64,000 bases of DNA from Candidatus Fraserbacteria bacterium (GCA_037440025.1 JBBIUX010000002.1:15379-79378); one strand, 5' to 3'. Counted from the first letter of the stretch, positions 1-8,919 are shown. The notes: generated by a model from the sequence alone, not told the origin. Numbers and translations: made by a program.

Positions 1-1680
1 TAAGTGCTTCGCGGCAATCTCGTCGCCGTAGTAGAACGCCGGAGCACCACAGCAGATGTGTCGCTCGGCACAGTGCACTTCGCAATCGTTATACTGCAAG
101 ACGCGCACGGTTGCGGCTCCGGCGTCAGGATAGAGCAGATCCATCCCACAACTCACGAAGTACCCAACGTGATGTTTCGCGTCTGTTGGGTTCTTCGCCA
201 ACAGTTCGGACAGGCGTTCGTAGAGAAATTTTTGAGAGAACCGGTGCTGCCGGAGAATGTCGATCCCTTGGGCGAAATCTTCATCGGTGCGAGCGAGTAT
301 GGCGTGAGCAATACGGGGCAGTCCGACTCTTGTGCCCAGTTGCCAGGCCCGTATCGCTTGTGACAGACGTCTTCGGTGAGGCAAGAACTCGCGATAGGCG
401 AAACTCTTCAGGCGATCTGTCGGCTTGCGTCCCAACGTCTCATTGGCTCGGCTGAGCATCTGGGCGTTGCGCCAGGGAAGGTCAATTTGCACGGGACACT
501 CTTGAGCGCACAGCCCGCAGGTCATACAAAGCGACGCGAGCTCGCGGGCCCGCTCTAGATCGCCTTTCCCATTGTGATCTGCAAATGCTGTCCAGATCGC
601 CCCAATCACGCCCATATAGGTCTGACCGGCGTAGACATGCCCGCCCACGGTGCGAAACGCCGGACAGATGTTCATGCAGCTGCCGCAGCGAATACAATAG
701 AGCGCTTCGCGAAATTGCGGATCGGCGCGCATCCGGCTGCGCCCGTTGTCGATCACTATAACGTGCACTTCACGTGACCTCTCCCCCGGCCCCTCCCCTA
801 AAGAGGGAGGGGAGTTCCCCCTTCCCTTTAGGGAAGGGGGGTTGGGGGTTAGGTCAGGAGGAGAGGTTGGCGTGACCAAAGAGACATAGCTTGTGAGCTT
901 CTGTGCAGTAGCACTACGCGGCAAAAGCTGTAAGAACACTAAAACGTCGGCGAGCGTCGGGACGATCTTTTCGATCCCGGTGATGATGACGTGCATCCTG
1001 GGCAGCGTCATAGTGAGTCGGTCGTTGCCCTCGTTGGTAATGATAATAAAAGTCCCGGTCTGGGCGACGGCGAAATTCGCGCCGGTGATCCCGATGTCGG
1101 CTTCCAAATAGCTCTGTCTCAGCGACGCGCGGGCGATCTTGGTCAGTTCGTAGGGGTCGTCAGTATAGGGGACGCCGAGCTTTTCCGAGAAGAGTCTTCC
1201 TACGGCCTCGCGCGGCTTATGAATGGCCGGCCCGGTGATGTGAAACGGCCGCTCACCGGCCAGCTGAATGATTCGTTCTCCCAGATCGGTCTCGATGACC
1301 TCGACGCCCGCAGCTTCTAAGTGTTTATTGAGCTCGATTTCTTCTGTGACCATCGACTTGGACTTGACGGCTTTTTTCACGCCGCGCTCGCGCACGAGCT
1401 TCAGCAGATACTCGTTCGCAGCTTGAGCGTTTTCTGCAAGATAGAAGCGTCCGCCGTGGCGCGTCACGCTCTCTCTGAGCTGAACGAGCAGTTCGTCGAG
1501 GCGCTCGATAGAAAACTCTTTGATCTGGCGGGCGCGGCGCTTGAGCGCTTCTTTGTCGGGAAGGTCTGCAAACGCCCATGTGCGCGAGAGATCGAAATAG
1601 AGGCTGGCCCGGTTCAGAGCCGTGTGCATTGCTGTGTCTTGAAGGCTTTGTGCGATCCTTTGAGCAAAATTACGATTCAT
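1..1680 (-). CDS. lutB: LutB/LldF-like lactate-utilisation Fe-S protein fused to a CCG (LutA/GlpC-like) domain; runs off the window start
   Basis: Hand translation from ATG at 1680 (SD AGGTGA): KSKSMVTEEIELN, ETDLGERIIQLA, GITGANFAVAQTG, TNEGN, two ferredoxin motifs (CIRCGSCMNICP, CMTCGLCAQECP), then YFVSC...ICCG. Missing from the ORF track because the stop lies outside the window. Confidence 0.88.
   Translation of the reverse strand, partial: MNRNFAQRIAQSLQDTAMHTALNRASLYFDLSRTWAFADLPDKEALKRRARQIKEFSIERLDELLVQLRESVTRHGGRFYLAENAQAANEYLLKLVRERGVKKAVKSKSMVTEEIELNKHLEAAGVEVIETDLGERIIQLAGERPFHITGPAIHKPREAVGRLFSEKLGVPYTDDPYELTKIARASLRQSYLEADIGITGANFAVAQTGTFIIITNEGNDRLTMTLPRMHVIITGIEKIVPTLADVLVFLQLLPRSATAQKLTSYVSLVTPTSPPDLTPNPPSLKGRGNSPPSLGEGPGERSREVHVIVIDNGRSRMRADPQFREALYCIRCGSCMNICPAFRTVGGHVYAGQTYMGVIGAIWTAFADHNGKGDLERARELASLCMTCGLCAQECPVQIDLPWRNAQMLSRANETLGRKPTDRLKSFAYREFLPHRRRLSQAIRAWQLGTRVGLPRIAHAILARTDEDFAQGIDILRQHRFSQKFLYERLSELLAKNPTDAKHHVGYFVSCGMDLLYPDAGAATVRVLQYNDCEVHCAERHICCGAPAFYYGDEIAAKHL
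776..855. repeat. GC-rich palindromic repeat (family A), in frame inside lutB
   Basis: Core CCTTCCCTAAAGGGAAGG...CCCCTCCCTCTTTAGGGGAGGGG with GACCT/AGGTC ends; near-identical copy at 38907-38981 and partial copy at 31177-31233. Confidence 0.9.
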
Positions 1681-1724
1681 AGCCCTATTCACCTAAGGAG
1701 CATCATACCCGATCTGGCTCGGCG

Positions 1725-1753
1725 TTGCTAAGGGTGTGGGAAACAGCTATAAT
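1725..1753 (+). promoter_or_regulatory. sigma70-type promoter for tRNA-Ala/hicBA
   Basis: TTGCTA-17 nt-TATAAT ending 12 nt before the tRNA. Confidence 0.6.
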
Positions 1754-1765
1754 AAGCTCGCTATC

Positions 1766-1841
1766 GGGGCCGTAGCTCAGCTGGGAGAGCGCTGCGTTCG
1801 CAACGCAGAGGTCGCCGGTTCGACTCCGGTCGGCTCCACCA
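1766..1841 (+). tRNA. tRNA-Ala(CGC)
   Basis: GGGGCCGTAGCTCAG...CTGCG-TTCGCAA-CGCAG...GGTTCGACTCC...CTCCACCA; G3-U70 pair; CCA encoded. Confidence 0.97.
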
Positions 1842-1848
1842 GCTCCCT

Positions 1849-2112
1849 ATGGTGCGCACCTATCTAGTCGAGCTAGAAACGGATGTGCAGACAGGGCAAG
1901 TCTGTGCGACTCTCCCCACCTTGAATGACCTCTCAGACTTTGGGAAGACAGTCGAGGAGGCTCTAGCGAACCTGAAGCAGCTGGCGCAGTTTGCCTTGAG
2001 ATGTCGCCACGACGATGGAGAACCGATTCCTCCCAGCGACCCATTCCGCCCCGGTGTGACCTATCTCTCGCTCGAGGTGCCCGCCCCGGCTCCAGCGGGA
2101 TCGGCACCTTAA
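1849..2112 (+). CDS. hicB: HicB-family antitoxin (short, no obvious C-terminal DNA-binding domain)
   Basis: CATLPTLNDLSDFGKTVEEALANLKQ...GEPIP signature. Confidence 0.85.
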   Translation: MVRTYLVELETDVQTGQVCATLPTLNDLSDFGKTVEEALANLKQLAQFALRCRHDDGEPIPPSDPFRPGVTYLSLEVPAPAPAGSAP

Positions 2113-2115
2113 CGC

Positions 2116-2418
2116 TTGAGCACTGCTAAGCTTGTCCCCATCAAAGGGGCAGAACTGCTGAGAAAACTGCAGCGAGCTGGCTTTGTCATCACTCGCACTG
2201 AGGGCAACAAATATCAATTGAAGCACCCTCAGACAGGGCGAGTCACCTATGTCCACCTGCACGGAAGAAAAGCAATCCCTCTAGGCACCTTGCGTGCGAT
2301 CCTGCGCCAAGCAGGCTTAAGTGTTGAGGAATTCAATAGCTACAACGCCGCAAGAGCTAATCTTCCAACGCAGAGGTCGCTGCTGCGACTCCGGTCGGCT
2401 CCACTGTTAATCTCCTAA
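2116..2418 (+). CDS. hicA: HicA-family toxin
   Basis: ELLRKLQRAGF...LKHP.TGRVT.V.LH..K.IP.GTLRAILRQAGLSVEEF; adjacent to hicB. Confidence 0.82.
   Translation: MSTAKLVPIKGAELLRKLQRAGFVITRTEGNKYQLKHPQTGRVTYVHLHGRKAIPLGTLRAILRQAGLSVEEFNSYNAARANLPTQRSLLRLRSAPLLIS
2366..2404 (+). repeat. Direct repeat of the tRNA-Ala 3' half (att-like site)
   Basis: CAACGCAGAGGTCGC-tgctg-CGACTCCGGTCGGCTCCAC versus tRNA 1801-1839 CAACGCAGAGGTCGC-cggtt-CGACTCCGGTCGGCTCCAC. Confidence 0.9.
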
Positions 2419-3309
2419 TCCCACTCTGGCCTGTGCCATACACTGCTGGGAGAGATTGTTCACATCGCCATAGAACAGTAACATCGTGTCGCCATCCCAC
2501 ACGCTGAGTTCTCCGTCCCTTCGAACTGCAGGCGTGAGACGCTGGACCAACAGAGGCCCTAACCCCGCAAAGATACCCGTGTTCGTCCCGCCGATCTCTG
2601 TGAGCCGGAAGACTTCTAGGTCTCCGGTATGCGGAACCGTGACCCACGCGAACACGAAATCGGGGGTGTCGGTGCTAATATTCTCATCGGGTTCGTTGAC
2701 CATAGCGAAGATTTGACGTCCCACCCGAACAAAACGTACTTGCTTGATCGGTGGAGTCCACCCATCTACAAACCAGATGCAGCCGGGGTCATTGGCCGGG
2801 GGAACGGGACAGCCCATATTGGCAAGCCCGCCTGCATCTTGGGGGCAAGCATCTTCGCGGTTGCTGACACCATCGCGGTCGTCGTCCGCTGCCACGTGCA
2901 ATGTCGCGGGCAGCGAAGCGCTCATCTGATCGCCGATGGCGACCAGAACTTCGAGCGAGAGGGTTGTCTCGGTGTTGGGCGTCGAGACCGTGACCGGTAC
3001 CCGCACGGTGCCGCTCGTCTTGTCTAAATCTAGGGGCTGCTCGATCAGCGTGACTCCAGAGAGCTTGACGATCACTTTGGCCTTCAGTCCCAGATCGCCG
3101 TCCTCGTGATTGTAGACAAAACTGACGGTCACCGGCTGGGTCACCCCGCCGGGGAGTGTCGCCGGCTCGATTCTAATATTCGAAATAGACGCTGCCCCGA
3201 TCTTTACAGGGAAGATTTTTTCAAGGTCTCCCAGTGTCAAGAAACAGCCGCTCAATACTCCGGGCAACACCAGCAGCAAACTGAGTGCTAAAAATTTCTT
3301 CGTGTTCAT
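2407..3309 (-). CDS. Lipoprotein with Ig-like domain, TSP3-like Ca-binding motif and C-terminal beta-sandwich
   Basis: Lipobox VLSGC; DDDRDGVSNREDACP; LTEIGGTNTGIFAG...DGELSVWDGD. Confidence 0.75.
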   Translation of the reverse strand: MNTKKFLALSLLLVLPGVLSGCFLTLGDLEKIFPVKIGAASISNIRIEPATLPGGVTQPVTVSFVYNHEDGDLGLKAKVIVKLSGVTLIEQPLDLDKTSGTVRVPVTVSTPNTETTLSLEVLVAIGDQMSASLPATLHVAADDDRDGVSNREDACPQDAGGLANMGCPVPPANDPGCIWFVDGWTPPIKQVRFVRVGRQIFAMVNEPDENISTDTPDFVFAWVTVPHTGDLEVFRLTEIGGTNTGIFAGLGPLLVQRLTPAVRRDGELSVWDGDTMLLFYGDVNNLSQQCMAQARVGLGD

Positions 3310-4844
3310 GGTACGTACGCGATACCCCCTGAGAGCATCAGAAAGTCATTGATCGCAAAGCCCACGGCAATATGGATCGCCGGGACAGTATTGGAAAATC
3401 TTGGCTTCGGCCCCTGAACAATTAAGACTCCTGCCCCACCGCCGATGTGCAGCCCGCCTGATATTTGATACCACACGGTGAAATCCACGGGCATGACAGT
3501 AAAATTGACGGGCTTGGTCAACTCCGGTTTTTGAATCGAACCTGAGCCGTAACCGACGGAGATCATCCACTTCAGCGCACCGCCGAGAGCCATCCCGACC
3601 GACCCGCGAAAAGCCATCACCGGCCCAATCGCTGAGACCCCGCCGGAGATGAAAAACGGCAGGCCACCAGGGGGTGGGATAGGAGTCGGGATCGGCACTC
3701 CTGGGGGCTGTGGTTGAGGAACGCCAGGAGGCGTCACCGGGGGTTGGGGCACAGGCACTGGCGGAGCCGATAGCTGTGCTAATGAATGCGTCGGCTGCTC
3801 GACACTGACTTGACAGTTTTTCGGGTTATACTCGCCGACGACTTCAACACCTTCGCCACCGCGCAGGCCCGCCGTCCCGCGCACACGCACGGCGAGATTA
3901 TCAGTTGTGCACGGCTGCGGCCCCGCGAGCACTCGGACACCTTGCAAGACGACCCCATCGCCGCCGACTTGAGCAACAGTCCCTTGAAGCTTGATGGCCG
4001 TCGGCAGGCGCTCGACAGAGTGCTCTCGGCTGATGAGTTCGAGGCGACAGCTGTCGGCGTGATATTCGCCCTTGACGCGCACGCGCTCGGCCAACTGAAT
4101 CTGTTCCGTCTGCGCTCGATCCGACTTAACTTGTACAGCGAGATTATCAAGACGACACGGCTGCGGCCCCGCGAGCACAATCACGTTTTTCAGGGCAAAT
4201 TGTGTCGGCGTCCCCGCGGCGACGATCCCTTCAAGCTCGATAGAGACAGGGCGCAGCTCCACATAATGCGTCGGCGCACTCAGCCGCACGGTGCAGTCTT
4301 CAGTGTGATAATTGCCCTTGACGGTGACGAGATCGCCTGCTTGCAAAGGTGCTGAGGGCATAAGATCTCTTGATTCAACCTGGATGGCGAGGCGGTCGAG
4401 CGAGCACGGTTGCGGCCCCGCAAAGACGGTGATCTCACTGAGCGTAAAACTCTCTTGCCCCGCGCGGGCGACGACCCCTTCCAGTTCAATCACGACCGGA
4501 GCAGGCACGGTCACTTTGACATAATGATCCACGCTTTTCACGATGACACGACACTCTCTTCCGTCGTAATCGCCCTTGATGGTCACTCTGTCGCCGGGCT
4601 TAAGAGCCACGGGCTCTCGTTCGACCCGCACGGTAAGATCTTCCCGTGAACAAAGGGATATTTTACTGTCCCGAACTTGTACTTCTGTGAGGGAGAAATC
4701 TCGTCCTTCTCCGCGTGCCACGACGCCGTCAAACTCGGCGGTAACAGCTGCCGGCGGCCTTGTGAAAAAATAGATGGCGATAGCGACAACTACAACAGCG
4801 ACGGCAACACCACCTATGGGCACCCATCGTTGGGTTGGATTCAT
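3306..4844 (-). CDS. N-anchored protein with four OB-fold-like (DUF5666-like) repeats, Pro-rich linker and C-terminal small beta-barrel-like domain
   Basis: Four ~80-aa repeats (ELEGxVA...AGPQPC...VxVKGxY...C); PPVPVPQPPVTPP linker; amphipathic Gly/aromatic strands at the C-terminus. Confidence 0.75.
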   Translation of the reverse strand: MNPTQRWVPIGGVAVAVVVVAIAIYFFTRPPAAVTAEFDGVVARGEGRDFSLTEVQVRDSKISLCSREDLTVRVEREPVALKPGDRVTIKGDYDGRECRVIVKSVDHYVKVTVPAPVVIELEGVVARAGQESFTLSEITVFAGPQPCSLDRLAIQVESRDLMPSAPLQAGDLVTVKGNYHTEDCTVRLSAPTHYVELRPVSIELEGIVAAGTPTQFALKNVIVLAGPQPCRLDNLAVQVKSDRAQTEQIQLAERVRVKGEYHADSCRLELISREHSVERLPTAIKLQGTVAQVGGDGVVLQGVRVLAGPQPCTTDNLAVRVRGTAGLRGGEGVEVVGEYNPKNCQVSVEQPTHSLAQLSAPPVPVPQPPVTPPGVPQPQPPGVPIPTPIPPPGGLPFFISGGVSAIGPVMAFRGSVGMALGGALKWMISVGYGSGSIQKPELTKPVNFTVMPVDFTVWYQISGGLHIGGGAGVLIVQGPKPRFSNTVPAIHIAVGFAINDFLMLSGGIAYVP

Positions 4845-4955
4845 ACCCAGCCTCCTTTTGAACGAACGCTTCTCGCATCCCAGAGGTACTCAGGGAGACC
4901 GAGAGCACCTTCCGTTGGTTCGGCTACGACAATAGTTACATGGCATCGCAAGCTG

Positions 4956-6071
4956 CTACATCTTTTTGCCAAAACTCGCCCAGCGGTCACCGTAGTAAAC
5001 CTGAAATCCTTGATAGGGGTCGAGCCAGCCAGGAAAGCGCACGAGGCCAATGATGCGCGTTCCGGGGCGTAGCTGGGCAAGCAAGTTCGGAAAGCTTGGA
5101 AAGTTTCCTTTGAGCTGCACCCACGGCGAGCGCGCTCCGTTCACGGCGTATTCGTTGAGAGCCAGCTCACGCGCATCATAGCGGCGCACGCTCTCTCCCC
5201 GCCTTTGCACAAAAGCTATATCCCCCATACGAAAGAGGCTCTCTTCCATAGCTTCGACCAGTACGAGGAGCGACGGTGTGGAGATCTCGCTGTTGAGCAA
5301 GCCCAACTCTTCTGGATGTCCGCCCGCGGCTTGATACTGTTGCAAAAAATCTTCATCTAAGAGCGCGAAGAACAACACCATGCCCGGCTTCTCCCCGTCT
5401 GTGAGAACGATATAATCGTAAAGCGATTCGTCCAACGCTTGCCAAGCACTGGGAAGTCTTTCAGAACCAAGGAGCTCACTGAGGCCCGCCCACTTTGCTG
5501 TGAGATTGACGGGAATCGTGATCGTTCGGTACTCTCCCTGTTCTCCGTAGATCGGTTCGTCGAGATGGGCACTCGCAGTGATTTCTAGGGGAGTTGGCTG
5601 CAGCCAGGACTTGATGGCCTCTGCGCTGAGCGACTTTCTGTAGGCATACGCATAGAGCAACGTGCGCGATTGATCTTTCAGACGGACGGCAACTATGTCC
5701 AGCTTGTGGTCGTACAAGCTTTTTGTGAGATAGTCTCGGGCAATTGCCTGGAGGCGCTCTATAGTGAGCTTAGGGACGATGATCTCGATCTCAGTTTCTA
5801 GGCGAAGGTAGCCGCCGACTTTTGTTTGATTCTGATGGCCAACGCGATGGTCGCTCATCTGTAGGGGTTGGACCACGCTGTTTTGGAACTGTTTGTGCAC
5901 CTGCCACCAGATAACTGGGACACCGCCACCGACAACCACAATCGCGCCGATTGCCATGAAGAGCACAGTCAAGCTCTGTCGCGCCGTGCGTCGCCATAGA
6001 GTCCATGTGATCGCGATCATAAGAGCAAACGCGACGATCCAGACTATGAATTGCATCTCTTGGCTCATCAC
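4956..6071 (-). CDS. Hypothetical membrane protein (2 N-terminal TM helices, large soluble domain)
   Basis: 371-aa ORF, SD GGGGGAT upstream, co-oriented with the cluster. Confidence 0.7.
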   Translation of the reverse strand: MMSQEMQFIVWIVAFALMIAITWTLWRRTARQSLTVLFMAIGAIVVVGGGVPVIWWQVHKQFQNSVVQPLQMSDHRVGHQNQTKVGGYLRLETEIEIIVPKLTIERLQAIARDYLTKSLYDHKLDIVAVRLKDQSRTLLYAYAYRKSLSAEAIKSWLQPTPLEITASAHLDEPIYGEQGEYRTITIPVNLTAKWAGLSELLGSERLPSAWQALDESLYDYIVLTDGEKPGMVLFFALLDEDFLQQYQAAGGHPEELGLLNSEISTPSLLVLVEAMEESLFRMGDIAFVQRRGESVRRYDARELALNEYAVNGARSPWVQLKGNFPSFPNLLAQLRPGTRIIGLVRFPGWLDPYQGFQVYYGDRWASFGKKM

Positions 6072-6140
6072 CTATCCCCTCCCACTGACGTTCTTCATAG
6101 GAGTATTATACCCCAGAGCCTAGAGACTTGACAATTTTCA

Positions 6141-6965
6141 TCACTTGCTGAAGACGATCTCCGTGGAGATAGCCCAGCCGTCAGCATGCCAAGCAAAGTC
6201 AGACTGCAATATCTCGAAAATCCCAACCCCTGCGCCCCAAGTGATCTCGTGGCCGTTCCACCCCGCCCGCAACGCGATTCCTTCAAAGAGCCGCACCTCC
6301 GCCCCGAAACGAATAGTGCGCAGCTCTTCTTGGCGAGCTAAGTGCAGTGCTCCTAAAAGGCGCAATCTGTCTTCCCATAGCTTGAGCACAGCCCCCATGC
6401 GCACGATCAGGGGTATCTCCCTGACGGTGCCCTCTTCAGCAGCGAGCCATGTGCCCAGCACGTCCGTAACTGTCAAGCCCCCTTGCACCCATGAGCCGAA
6501 CCGTGCCAGCAGGCCGATGTCAACTCCTGTGCCGCGAAAGCGTTGTCCCGACTGGAGCTCTTCGTAGAACTTGAGCGTCACGCCGGCGGCCATCATCTCG
6601 CGCACACCGGCACCGGCTGCCATCACCGCAAGCGATTGCTCCCCAGGAGTCGGTGCTTTGATTGTTCGGCTTCCATACCAGAGAGCGCCCCCTATGGAAA
6701 AGAGCCTCCCGCCGATCGCCCCCCCTGATATGTCAAAGGGTGTCTTCGTGGAGGGCATTGATAACCTGGCTACAATATGAATACCCTTGAGCGTGAAGAG
6801 TCCGGCGGGGTTCCACAGAGCCGCCGAGGCATCATCGGCCAGCCCCACGAACGCCCCTCCCAAGCTCAGCGCTCTCGGTGACAGTTCTTCACTGACAGAG
6901 CTTTGCCCGCTCGCTGTGAAAGCCAGTCGTAAGCAGCCAATTACCACGAGAACCAGGAGGCGCAT
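6141..6965 (-). CDS. PorV/PorQ-like (FadL superfamily) outer-membrane beta-barrel protein
   Basis: Signal peptide followed by SPRALSLGGAFVGLADDASAALWNPAGL; beta-strand pattern; ends ...TEIVFSK. Confidence 0.78.
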   Translation of the reverse strand: MRLLVLVVIGCLRLAFTASGQSSVSEELSPRALSLGGAFVGLADDASAALWNPAGLFTLKGIHIVARLSMPSTKTPFDISGGAIGGRLFSIGGALWYGSRTIKAPTPGEQSLAVMAAGAGVREMMAAGVTLKFYEELQSGQRFRGTGVDIGLLARFGSWVQGGLTVTDVLGTWLAAEEGTVREIPLIVRMGAVLKLWEDRLRLLGALHLARQEELRTIRFGAEVRLFEGIALRAGWNGHEITWGAGVGIFEILQSDFAWHADGWAISTEIVFSK

Positions 6966-6966
6966 T

Positions 6967-8919
6967 TTAGGGTCTAGGGGGAAGCGATTGGTCCACCGGG
7001 GTCTCGGAGAGCCAGTAGGCGATGATCGTTTGCATGGTCTCTAGATCAATGCTCTTCCCGTTTGTACCGGGCACTTTGGCGGCCTCGCCTTCAGCCAACC
7101 ACCAGCTGACGGCTCGCTGCACTTGGTGGAACGAGATCAGTTTATCATCCCGGGGATCGAGGCGTTCTTCTTCGAGAGGGAGGGAGGGGTCTGTGATATA
7201 ATAGGCGACAATGACGTGAATAGGCAGTTCGAGGACCAACCGGAAGCTGTTCGTGCCCTCGGTAGAGACGCTGATCTCTGGCACCTTGCTGACCACAAAG
7301 CCCTGGAGGGTAGGACTGTCCACCTCAGCTTGCTCGGAGATCTTAAACTCGTAGACGATCTTTTTGGTTGTGCCGGCGCTGAGCCGCTCCGGGAAGATCC
7401 ACTCGATGGTTGGGGAGTCTACAGGGGCGCGAAATGTGCCGCCGTGCGGCTCCTTTAACACATTCTCGGTGACGTCAGCAATCGCTGTACCGCTTTGGAG
7501 CAGCCCAGTGGGTAATATTTCTTGCACGCCCAAACCGAGCACATTGCGGTTGACTTGGATGGTGAGAAAGACCCGCATGAAGATGCCTCGCGGGAGCTGC
7601 CCGTCGATAGTTGGGATCTCGCGGGTCGCTAGGGCGGCATTGATCACGGTGATGGTCGCGTTGGCGCTGCCAGTGGCACCATCGTTGTCGGTGACCGTCA
7701 ACGTGACAAAGTAAGCGCCAGCGGTGGAGTAGGCATGGGTGGGGTTCTGATCCGTGCTGGTCGTGCCGTCACCGAAGTCCCATTGATGGCTGACAATCGT
7801 GCCATCGGGATCGGAAGATTGATCAGTGAACACGATGGTCTCCTTGACCACAGGCTGCCAGGTGGCGCGATCTATGCCAAAGCTTTCGGGGTTGAACTCG
7901 AACTTCGCTACCGGGGAAGCGTTCGTGACATCCAACGTGATAAACGGAAGATTGAGACGAACACGCTGCCCTAAGATATTGGTGTACTCGACAGTGCTTG
8001 GACTGCGATTGATGGGAAAGGACCCCTTGGTGCTGGAGCTGACCCGGAAGCGGAACTCGGCGACCTCTTCGGGGCGCAGGGCATCGAGCCTCCAAGTCAG
8101 TATTCTGCTCCCGTCACCAAACTCTTGGATCTCAGGATCGGCTTCGGCACCTTCAAAAGTGACGCGCGCTGTGAGAGTCACCTTGGCGATAATCTGACGA
8201 GCTATGAACTCATAGCGCAGTTGGTTTTGCAGGAGTGTCAAGCTCTCGTCCGAGAGGGTTTTCAGAAAGCTGCCGTTAGTCAAGCGGGCCAGCGACAGCA
8301 GGGTCTGAGAGCGGGCGGCTTCGTCAGTGGTCGCGATGACGTGGACGGTGACCTGGTTTTCACGGGCGCGTTGGGCTTGGAAGAGCACCGGGCCGAAATC
8401 GTTGCGCTCTAAACCGGCGCGGGCTATGAGCCATATTTGTACCTTACGGGCTTCGGAGCGCCCGTTCTCTGTCAGTTCTTTGGTGCCCAGCGCCAGGGCG
8501 TCGGCCAGCCCAGCCGACCCGGCGGGGGTCAGTTCAGAAAATCTCTGGCGTAGGAGGTTGAAGTCCGAGGTCAGCGGGCTGTCCAGGGTCGCCGGGGCGA
8601 GGGAGACCAGACCAACCCGGTCATCGGGGCCAAGGAGATTGAGCAACCGATCCAAGAATCTCCGGGCTTCTTCAAGATTGATCGAGCGGTCTACGCCGAT
8701 GAGCACCTCCAAAGGTTGCAGGGTTAAAAAGTCTCCGCGCAGGGAGAGCTTGACCACAGCGATCTGCGGCTCAGCAAGTGAGCCCTTTTGATAAACAGGG
8801 AAGGTTTCCACGACAAGCTCAGCGGTCATGCCCGGTGGAGGTGTGGGCTGCGCGTTGCTCAGGCAAAAAAGCAATCCCACAAAGATGAACGCTAACACCC
8901 AAAAACGACGGCCTCTCAT
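6967..8919 (-). CDS. Secreted VWA + PKD domain protein with C-terminal dockerin-like module
   Basis: Start reassigned to MRGRRFWVLAF (signal peptide, SD AAGGGG); VWA (DRVGLVSL...ADALALG); PKD (SSDPDGTIVSHQWDFGDG...VTLTVTDNDGA); paired W-ending helices at the C-terminus. Confidence 0.82.
   Translation of the reverse strand: MRGRRFWVLAFIFVGLLFCLSNAQPTPPPGMTAELVVETFPVYQKGSLAEPQIAVVKLSLRGDFLTLQPLEVLIGVDRSINLEEARRFLDRLLNLLGPDDRVGLVSLAPATLDSPLTSDFNLLRQRFSELTPAGSAGLADALALGTKELTENGRSEARKVQIWLIARAGLERNDFGPVLFQAQRARENQVTVHVIATTDEAARSQTLLSLARLTNGSFLKTLSDESLTLLQNQLRYEFIARQIIAKVTLTARVTFEGAEADPEIQEFGDGSRILTWRLDALRPEEVAEFRFRVSSSTKGSFPINRSPSTVEYTNILGQRVRLNLPFITLDVTNASPVAKFEFNPESFGIDRATWQPVVKETIVFTDQSSDPDGTIVSHQWDFGDGTTSTDQNPTHAYSTAGAYFVTLTVTDNDGATGSANATITVINAALATREIPTIDGQLPRGIFMRVFLTIQVNRNVLGLGVQEILPTGLLQSGTAIADVTENVLKEPHGGTFRAPVDSPTIEWIFPERLSAGTTKKIVYEFKISEQAEVDSPTLQGFVVSKVPEISVSTEGTNSFRLVLELPIHVIVAYYITDPSLPLEEERLDPRDDKLISFHQVQRAVSWWLAEGEAAKVPGTNGKSIDLETMQTIIAYWLSETPVDQSLPPRP

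Noticed and set aside
4-1731. Plus-strand ORFs in the track (4-363, 574-777, 991-1320, 1321-1731)
   Set aside because: Antisense shadows of the minus-strand lutB-like gene, which carries all the conserved motifs
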